A stretch of 56,881 nt of DNA, counting the filler, from Sphacelaria rigidula (taxonomy: Eukaryota): NCBI GenBank assembly GCA_964200075.2. It is 5 parts of 5 records of this genome, joined end to end, with 100 filler letters (N's around TTAATTAATTAA, not from the genome) between each part and the next. Parts side by side here need not be neighbours in the genome. Positions count along the whole stretch, not along the records: positions 45,587 to 56,881 come from CAXNAA020005104.1; 4 more parts are not named here. One strand, written 5' to 3'. Positions 48,598 to 56,881 of the stretch are shown here, one piece after another (within the stretch, counting starts at the first letter, position 1; the number at the start of each line of letters is the position of its first letter). Below the pieces are notes generated by a model that saw nothing but the letters and a program-made list of their open reading frames with translations, was not told where the DNA came from and searched no databases. Made by a program: the position numbers and the translations under genes.

Positions 48598-49492
48598 CTG
48601 TGTGTATGTATGTTTACACAATGAATCCGTATAAAATACACTGCAAAAGGTTATAACGGGCAGGTCGTGCAGTTCAGTAACGCGAGTTGACTTTCCGAGT
48701 ATCATCCTATCGGCCGTATGTTCACGTCTAGAGTCTGAATTTTACACCCCAGGGCGTGTTTTGTTCCTCTTGCCTGCAAATTGTGCTCGATATTTTTGAT
48801 GTTGCAGTACAGTAGTAAGAACGCGGATAATGTCGTTTTATACGAGCACTGCGTGAAAAGTGCGGGATGATGTAATTAGTCAAGAGAGGTATAGCTACAT
48901 ACATGATGTGCTGAGTTGTGTAGTAACAGCATAAAGTATCTTCACACGTCGTGATATAGTACATATAATATACACATATGTACGGAGAGTAGATTTGATT
49001 CCACGCGAACGTCAGGGATCGGAATAGACGCAGAGCGAGCAAGGGGTAGTAGTGATGGTACGATAATCGACCAGCTAGCAGCATCAAAACATGCGAGGAA
49101 TCAATCACCCCTCACTGGTAGCACTCAGGTGTAGACGTGAACGCGCGGAACGGAAGCGTGCAACTCGGTGAGAGAAAATAAAACAAACAAATGGGGTAGG
49201 GTGGTAAATACCCTTCTTCGGTGTCCACATCGCTACTTTGTGCACCTCTCCGACCCCGTACATAGCGGCGGAGCGAAAACACATGCTTTCCAAATGCCCG
49301 CATGTGCGGCAGCGATCACCACCGCCCTGTCACCCACCCCGTGCTCACCGGCGGAGTAAAACCGCAGACTTTCCAAATGCCTGCATGTGCGGCAGCGACC
49401 AGTGCGCTTCCCCCCTCGTCCCTTCCTCCACCTTTCATCTACTCGTGGACTAGTTCCCGACGCTACACTTCTTCCTTCCCGGTGAAACAAAC

Positions 49493-49666
49493 CTGTCCAG
49501 GCAGACGGCTATCGTCTACGCTCATGCGCTGCTTCACCGCACCCCCATCCTTTTCCTCCTCCCCGTGGCTGTTGTTGCAGCGGCCGTGTTTATCGGCCGC
49601 ATTGATCGCGTTGTCAGATCCCCTCGCGCCATCCGTTATCCCAGTAGGGGAATCCCTATCGTGAGC
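49493..49666 (-). CDS. Internal exon of the same gene (58 codons)
   Basis: tttttcattgatag| ... cag|gtttgt, phase 0-0, open frame. Confidence 0.55.
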
Positions 49667-51629
49667 CTATCAATGAAAAACAGCAAAACACATGGCGCGG
49701 CTGCTGAAACAGAAACAACCAAACATAACAACATTGTTTGCACATACACGAGTAATTCTACGCGCCGGCACTTTGCCTTGAAATATACCCCTCCAAAAAA
49801 AATCGTTCATATATATATATATATATATATATTTGGTTGCACTCTGAAACCCTTCTCTTCCTCGGGACGAGTCCGTGGTCTCAAGGGGTCAACCCATCTC
49901 TCCCCGGTGATATATAAGTATATATATATACACACACATGTGAGGCGGGCTCGTTCCATGTATTGAGAGAGCCCGGGACCCCGAGAATCAAGAGAAACGT
50001 GGCGTCTGCAAAGTGGGGTGAAGTAGACTCCCCTCGCTTTGCAGACGGCGTCACAGAACGTCGGGCACGGCCTCCAACGTTGCGGTCGCTACCCGCAGCC
50101 TACACAACACTACTCGTGAGGTACAAGATCCGTAGTTTTCGGGCGTATCTCCTTCAGCACTGTGTCATACGTCACGGTGCATACCACACTCCCTAGTGAA
50201 ATGTATCGCGGCCCTGAGTACGCACCACCAGTGGATGGTACTTACCGGGTGGTATCCAACGTAACCCGGTATAGTGCGGTAGGTGCCGGAAAGATGCCTT
50301 AAATCTTTGAACACTTGATCACTCGGCGGCAGGGGGGGAAGGGGGGGTGACTAGGGGGGGGGGGGGGCGATTCGCGAGGTAGGCTACCGTACTCCGGAAG
50401 TCACGATCCTCACGGAATGCGTACGGTACTCGGCATAATAATTCGAAGACACCACGGGCGAGGATATTTACACCATAGTTCATGTCAAGCCCAGTGCAAA
50501 TCAACCGCGGTATTGACCTTACAACGCTCTTATCTTATTCCATTTTCATCACCTCAAACAATTGTCATCGGGACCGGCTACGCGTGTTCATCTTCCCCTT
50601 TCCTTTCCTTTTCCGTTTCCTTTTTCCCCCCTGTTCTGTTGTTCCTTTTTTCTCGGTGAATTCAGTTCCTTCTGTCTTCTTTTTTGTTCTGGGTGTTGCT
50701 TCCGCCTCGGTTGCCTCTCGAACGTCTACCTCAGGAACACGACGGGATCTGTCGCGCATCAGTTTTGAAAACTGAAAAGCGAACGACCGCGGCCATGCTG
50801 CGTGCGCAAATCTTGTTGGTAAGGGTCATGCTAGAGCAGTCGCGGCGCCCCCCCCCCCCCGAGCCATGCTTTTCATAAGAGCGTGTGGTGCAGACGGAAT
50901 ACACTCTCCGGTCCCGAGTACAGTGCTAGATGTGCGTGTTAGCCGGTATGGGCGAGCATGTGTCGTTGGTGAAGGGCGTGCTAGAGCAGTCGCCGCGTTC
51001 ATTCTTCCCCAGAGATGTTCTTTGCAAGCGTGTGTGGTGCAGATATTGTCTTTCCCTTGCTCAAAAAAATCAATCAACCATCCAACCATCCATCCTCAAA
51101 CAATCTTTAATTTAATTAATTAATATATATATATATATATATTATTATGTCGTACATACTCCCGTCCGGAGGATATAAGTCATGCGGTTGTGATGACAAA
51201 CGCCGACGACCGTAGCCATGTGGGCGCGCATGTATTGTTGGCTACCGCAGTTGCGGCGTCTAGCCCCGCCCCCCAGCACTAATAAAATCAGTACGCTTCG
51301 GGCTGAACAATCTTAATAGGATGCAGCTCATCCTTCACGCAACTCGCCGAACACGTCATGACGAGTGACGCTTGGTGATTGCGAGCCTGGTCCGGCGAAA
51401 ACTCAGCGTGCTTCGTTCCGGCTTTGTAGGAATGCGAGGTCAATGGTCTGATGAATACCGCATGCAAGATCATGAGTACACCGCAGAGATATTCCCTACA
51501 AGCGTGTGTTTTGTAGCATATACATGAGAGCATACATACTCCAGTCTTGAGTACAGAAAAACACCATACAACACGTTTGTGAGAGCAGAAACGGACTTTT
51601 TTTTGCGGAACGGCAGGTTTTACGTGATT

Positions 51630-51904
51630 TACACCAAGACGGTCGAATCGTTTAAAACGGCCGTCACCCCCCTCAGCGGTCTGACAGGAATTTTGGCGCA
51701 ATCGGATTTCAACTCGGTGACGCCTTTCATGAGATACGGCCGACAAATGTGCAAAACTTTCGTTTTTGTATTGGACAATTTTTTCGTGATAAATCTGCAC
51801 ATATCACGTCGATTTTCAATCTTTTCGCGCCCAAAATTCCGGCCAGATCACGGACTTCCAGGGGGGTGACGGCCGTTTCAGACGATTCGACCGTCTGGGT
51901 GTAT
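51630..51904. mobile_element. Foldback MITE, ~70-bp arms
   Basis: AGACGGTCGAATCGTTTAAAACGGCCGTCACCCCCCT vs AGGGGGGTGACGGCCGTTTCAGACGATTCGACCGTCT. Confidence 0.75.
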
Positions 51905-52794
51905 ACCGCAAAAGAAAAAAAAACTCCCGTTGCGACAACACAAACGTTTCTAATCTCACCAACATGTTGTTATACTGTGTTGTATGCAAAAAGATGTATG
52001 TACTCGCGACGGTATCATCATCATCATCGTCATCATCGTCATCATCAAGATGATACTAATGATACTAACAATAATAGACGAAGCCTTCTGAAGACCGTTG
52101 ACATTCGACAAACTCTCGACAAAACCTACCACGGTTATGTCCGAGGCGACTACACCGCGAGAATGCACCTCTCACCAGATTATGTGCACCTTGCTCGACG
52201 ACAACGTCCGCACCAATGGGCATCGAATTCCTGGTTGATGGCTCCGCCGAGGAGGATGAATACACGTCGCTGCAGGCATAGGCGTCCCCAACCAGGGGAG
52301 TCTCTGCCATCGGCATCAACGTTCCCGTCAACGAAAGAGGGCAGGAATAAAAAAAAAGGAATGAATGTGAAAAACGAATATTATTCATCATCTGTACGAG
52401 AAAAGCGCAGTAATGGAAACAAATCGAGACGGGAGGCGAAAAAAAAAACAGGAAGAGGAAACAAGAAAAAAAGTGAAGCAACACAATAAAAGAAGAAAAA
52501 CGTAGCAGCAGCCGCGAACAAAGAGTGAGAGCGACCGGGCGCTTTTGCTGGTTTCTGTAGACCACGTGGCCCACTCAGTAGTCAACACGGGGGCGATTGA
52601 CCGCTCGGGTGAACCTACCTGTGCACACAGACTACGCAGGGGTTAGGGTGAGGGTTGGAGTTAGATTTGGGGATTGTAGACGGGTGAGCAGCGCGGAGCT
52701 CGGGGGGAACCCCGCTCCGCCAATAGTGACCGACACCATCACGACATCTACTGTAAACTAATAGCACCATGATGCCATTTCTTCGTACAAGTAC

Positions 52795-52857
52795 TTGTAC
52801 TCGTCCGTCTTCGACGAGACAATTCAACGCCATCGATCGAACAAAGCCGCCGTGCAG
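52795..52857 (-). CDS. Candidate exon (LHGGFVRSMALNCLVEDGRVQ); may extend to the donor at 52619
   Basis: ccacag| acceptor; two possible donors. Confidence 0.4.
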
Positions 52858-52900
52858 CTGTGGCAGCTGCGGCTAGTAGCTCCACGTTACCAATGCGCGC

Positions 52901-53254
52901 GTGTGTGTGTGTGCGTGTGTGTTGTCAACCCATCTATTCTGGACACCAGTCTCAACCTTTCGGAATGAACAAGTGGACGCCGCAGCCGCGGGTCACACAG
53001 GAGGAAGGTCAACCCAGAAGTTATATCTATGTTGCTCGAGTACTCCACCTTCCTTCCTTCTACGGTGATTGCCCCTCTTTTCATCGTGAGCAGGATTCAG
53101 CGGTCGCTTTCGCTCGTCGACTGTGAAATCGCATCTTGTCTTTCCACGACATAGTCGCTCTCATTGTCAGGCATCATGATGTGAGAAAGAAATGTCTCAG
53201 ATCGTGTGACTGCCAACCGTCAGAAGGTGCCAAGGTTACTAACAGAGCCACCGG
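52901..53254 (-). mobile_element. SINE-like family A copy
   Basis: Collinear with 39374-39725, including CCACGACATAGTCGC and GTCAGAAGGT...GGTTAC...GAGCCACCGG. Confidence 0.8.
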
Positions 53255-53307
53255 CCCGGCCGGCTCAACAGAAAACTCGACAATTCAACTTGCATACATG
53301 ACTGTGC

Positions 53308-53717
53308 CGCGCCCCGGTGGTGTAATGGTGGAACTGAATCCATCAGGGTGAGAAAGTTGCGGGTTCGATTCTCGCCAGATGATGCGATTTGTTCGGCTTT
53401 TTTTTCTTCTTTTTTTTTCTCAAAAGACCCTCTGATTCCCACCGCTGAAAGCGTGACGATATGAGTAGCAAAAGCACTCTGTAGTGACTAGTTTAGTTTA
53501 CTTCACGAGAATCCACGCGGTGCGGGAGTGATGGTAGTCATGACCCAATCCGCGAGACAAAAAATGCAAGGGCGTGTACAGGGGAAGAGATGGTTTGATC
53601 CCTTGACAATACGGAGTCAACCCGAGGAGGAGGAGGAGGAGGGGTGTACTCATGATCTTGCATGCCATAGTCTCATGACCATCGACGTCGCATGTCTACA
53701 AAGCCGGGACGGAGCTC
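53308..53717 (+). mobile_element. tRNA-headed SINE-like family B copy
   Basis: CGCGCCCCGGTGGTGTAATGG...GGGTTCGATTC, T run, GACCCAATCCGCGA, (GAG)n, GTACTCAT...GACGGAGCTCG. Confidence 0.7.
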
Positions 53718-54339
53718 GCCGGATTTTCGCCGGACCAGGCTAAGTCTCGCTGAAGGAAAAGGATTAAAAGTCGAACGTAAAAACAAAATACGAAATATAT
53801 TATATGTATACTTCTAAATACCGACATTATTAAAGCGCCGTTTTGAACACTTCGCAAGTTGGTCGGCCTACGCTACCATTGAAGCGATATACTTGAAAAA
53901 ATATTGTTCGTCTGGACTATTCGATTCACCAGGCATGCTTGCATGTAAATATTCGCCGCGGAGTACACATCCATGGGAGTCATGTCGCGGGAAGGGTTGC
54001 AGGTTTGAGCCCAAATGTTTCTCATTGAAGGGCTCTCAAAACTAGGAACTACACAAGAATATGGGTCAGGACATTCAGTTTTTCGAATCCATCCGACATA
54101 CCCTTAGCTCATTGGAATGCTGATCGCTGCGTGCTCCTAACATTTTTCGTAAGTAGTTTCTTGGAGGAGCTGGAGGGCTCCTAGCAAATTCAAACCTGGA
54201 AAAAAATCGTGCACCCCCATCGTGAAACAACTGACAATGAGATCCCACGCTCTGTGTGACGACGTGTGAAAAACGCCGAAAAAAACGCACCCCGAGTACA
54301 GGAAAAAAAAAAACATCCGTGTCTTCATACTCCCACCAA

Positions 54340-54580
54340 TCCCTGCCTGCTCCTCAAAACGAGTCTGGATGTTTTAGAGATCGGCGTATCCTCTCTCCTC
54401 TCTCCCTCCCTCCTACGTCGTACATACCTGTCCGAGATTTTGATAATGCTGTATCGCGGATTGGGTCGGCACTCCTGCACCGACCGCGTTTGACTTTGTT
54501 GTCAAACCTCTCCGCTACACACGCTCTCGAGTTTTCAAGAACAGAAATCAGATATAATCTTGAGAAGAAAGAAAAAAAAA
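54340..54580 (-). mobile_element. SINE-like family B body fragment
   Basis: GTATCGCGGATTGGGTCGGCACT is the reverse complement of the 2398-2419 motif. Confidence 0.6.
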
Positions 54581-55808
54581 ATATATATATATACATATGG
54601 ATATAAGCTGAAATTTCGAAGCCTCGACTTTTATGCCCTCAACCCTTTTGGGACCGACCCCCACTAACACAGGGTTGACCCTGTGTTGGTGAAATAATAA
54701 AAAACAAGTCTTCGAGCGACCTGCCCAATGACGGCGAGGCAAAATTTATCGACCAGACCCGAACGACCAGTGCTGGGGTTGTTGGCGAGTATGATGCCAC
54801 TGTAAAGATCGTGTGGGGACCCTATCCCTGGCCGAGATAAGCCTTCCCAGGTTTCCAAGCGCAGGGCGGTCGGAACTTGGTTATATGATATGACTTGCAC
54901 TCAGTATACCGTTCCCGAGTTTTCCGGTGGGTTTTTTGGGTCTCAATTCCCTACTGAAACGTAGCAATTTACACCAACACAGGGTCGACCGGAAAAGCCG
55001 GGAAGGAGTGTACATGCTACCATGTGGTCATTTCACGACGCCCTAAAACCAGGTGGGCTGTAGAAAGACAAAAGGATCTACTGTCGTGAGTTCTGCTTAT
55101 CCCTATGGCGATGAATTACAGGGTGTAGTCCACATGTATGTAGTGGACGGGGATGACAAAGCTGTATATCGGTCGCTGATTTTGGTAGCTGACAATTGCC
55201 CAGAGCGTGCGAGGGAGTATGCAGCGGTAGCTGCTGCTTCAGTCAGAGAGGCGGACTACACTGTACTGTACTATTATACACAGTTGTATGCATGCGCGCC
55301 GCAACGCTGATACCCTTCGAAGAGAATGTGCCGCATGCCACAAGGAGGGAAATGGCGGCCCACCCCGAACACAAAGGGCTGTGTGGCAAGGCGGTGGGGA
55401 CAAAAGAATCATCCAAAGCCACGGGTGGCGGGCGGCTCGCCGGTCGCCGCACCTTGTTGGAAGCTCTCTACCACGGCCCATACTGCTTGCTACAGCAGAT
55501 GTGCACCACCTAATGCGCACCCTGCACCTGAAAATAGATCGGATGAAACTTTCGGTCTTTGTCATGACCCTGCGGTTACATACACGGAGTTTCAGCAACA
55601 CGTCACTGTTTCGTGCAGACGCCAGACACGTCATTCCTGACCAGCCTCATTGGTCGTTCTGGAGGCCCGGACCCAAAAGGGTTAATCGGGTTTCAAGATG
55701 TTCCAAAAAAAACAACAACAAAAAAACGGGGTGGCGCAGCAGCATTCCATCGTTGCAAAATTCGATATGCCGCAACGGTGAGCGATTGCAAAGCGCGCAG
55801 AATTACAC

Positions 55809-55932
55809 CTTTCGGCGTCCGCTGCCTTTCCCTATCTAGATCGCTCTCCGGGCGTCCGTCCTCCTCTTCCTCTTCCGGGTTGACCTCCATGCTTAGAACA
55901 TGCACCCCCCCGTCTGACGTTGCCACGACAAT
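55809..55932 (-). CDS. Exon of the beta-propeller-like gene (IVVATSDGGVHVLSMEV...)
   Basis: WD40/FG-GAP-like strand motif; in phase with the 56381-56461 exon; acceptor region garbled by homopolymers and Ns. Confidence 0.55.
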
Positions 55933-56380
55933 CTCTTGCCTTTTTTTTTTGAGGGGGGGGGGGGGGGGGGGGGGAAAAAAAAACGAACGGGGGCCCGGGG
56001 GGGGAGGGGGAAAAAGAGACAAAAAGACAGGGAGAGGGGGCGGGCAGGGGGGGGNNNNNNNNNNCCTCCGCCCCCCCCTCCCTCCCCCCGACCACCCCCC
56101 CCCCGTCGCGCCCGCCCCCGCCTCCCCCCTCCCTTTTTTTTGGGGGGGGGGGGGGGGGGGGGGGGTGATAAAAACACGAACGGGGACCGAGATGGACAGG
56201 GAGAAACAGAGACAGAACGACAGGCAGAGAGGCCGGTCAGGGAGAGGCAGAGAGACAGGCAGGTAGGTACACATCGACAGATACAGGTGGGCACGAGGAC
56301 AGAGAGAGGTGCATCTCTTCACCGAAAAAAAAATATAGAGGGGCGGGCTGTGCTTGGGGGAAATGCCATGATCTAGTGAC

Positions 56381-56461
56381 CTTCGACGATTGCGTAAGGA
56401 TGAACACCAGTATCGAAACCGGATCAACGCCGGCGGAGAAGCGGGTCATGTATGTGCGTGC
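56381..56461 (-). CDS. Exon of the beta-propeller-like gene (ARTYMTRFSAGVDPVSILVFILTQSSK)
   Basis: Polypyrimidine acceptor ...ttttcccgtggccacacag|, aag|gt donor, 27 codons. Confidence 0.55.
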
Positions 56462-56881
56462 CTGTGTGGCCACGGGAAAAAACGAACAAACGAAGGTGTG
56501 CCAAAACAGTGCGCAGGATTATCACTGTCTTCATGGACGGTGTACAGATAGTAGTGCATAATAATGTTTCAGCTGTCAAGAGTTATGAAGTATGTCCAAG
56601 TTTGGTCGCTGCTGTGTATGTTTTGTATGGTTATTTTTCAACTAGTAGGCCGTTTCTTTCGGTTCGTATTTTGTTTGACTCGTATTTTCCACTTTTAGGA
56701 CATTTGACAAGGTTTTCGACCCCCAAACAGGGAAAATCGCCACCACACGTCTTGGACACTTTGTATCACCCCACCGAGAGGAGCCTAGCCCACTTTTCCG
56801 ATTCGCCTGAGTCAGAGATTTCGAGAGCGGCCTCTGGACAAAAATACGAGGAAAACATACAATGCACAGTCTGTATGGAGT

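Noticed and set aside
51294..51421. Candidate exon (GTKHAEFSPDQ...)
   Set aside because: Its 3' part recurs inverted at 45587-45624, indicating a dispersed repeat
53311..53385. Functional tRNA gene (also 2198-2270 and 39655-39725)
   Set aside because: A and B boxes are present but there is no acceptor-stem pairing, and each is embedded in a longer dispersed repeat
54721..54875. Candidate exon in phase with its neighbours (VPTALRLETW...)
   Set aside because: Weak acceptor, and the region shares motifs (AACGACCAGTGC, ACACAGGGTCG, GTCGACCGGAAAA) with 43090-43255, so it is probably a repeat; not fully excluded
55935..56170. G/C homopolymer-rich Pro/Gly ORFs
   Set aside because: Low-quality sequence around an N gap

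Overview
Eukaryotic, repeat-rich DNA, probably from a brown alga or related stramenopile (inferred from retroelement motifs, long GT-AG introns and an RWP-RK gene). The window is not one locus. It is five contigs of 11298, 11297, 11296, 11295 and 11295 bp joined by identical 100-bp spacers (44N-TTAATTAATTAA-44N), i.e. a size-sorted concatenation, so adjacency across spacers is meaningless. Contig 1 holds candidate exons of a minus-strand gene, many MITEs and a hairpin-repeat array. Contig 2 holds an uninterrupted ~1080-aa RWP-RK transcription factor ORF and a second hairpin array. Contig 3 is nested LTR retrotransposons: a MITE in a Gypsy in a Copia, abutting a second Gypsy. Contig 4 holds a LINE RT fragment, SINE-like repeats and a small spliced orphan ORF. 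Contig 5 holds a partial multi-exon beta-propeller gene resembling ITFG2. Two tRNA-headed SINE-like families recur across contigs. I found no CRISPR, rRNA or true tRNA, and no well-supported new multi-gene system. The best leads are the SINE-like families, the hairpin arrays, the atypical Gypsy LTR and primer site, and the RWP-RK and ITFG2-like genes.
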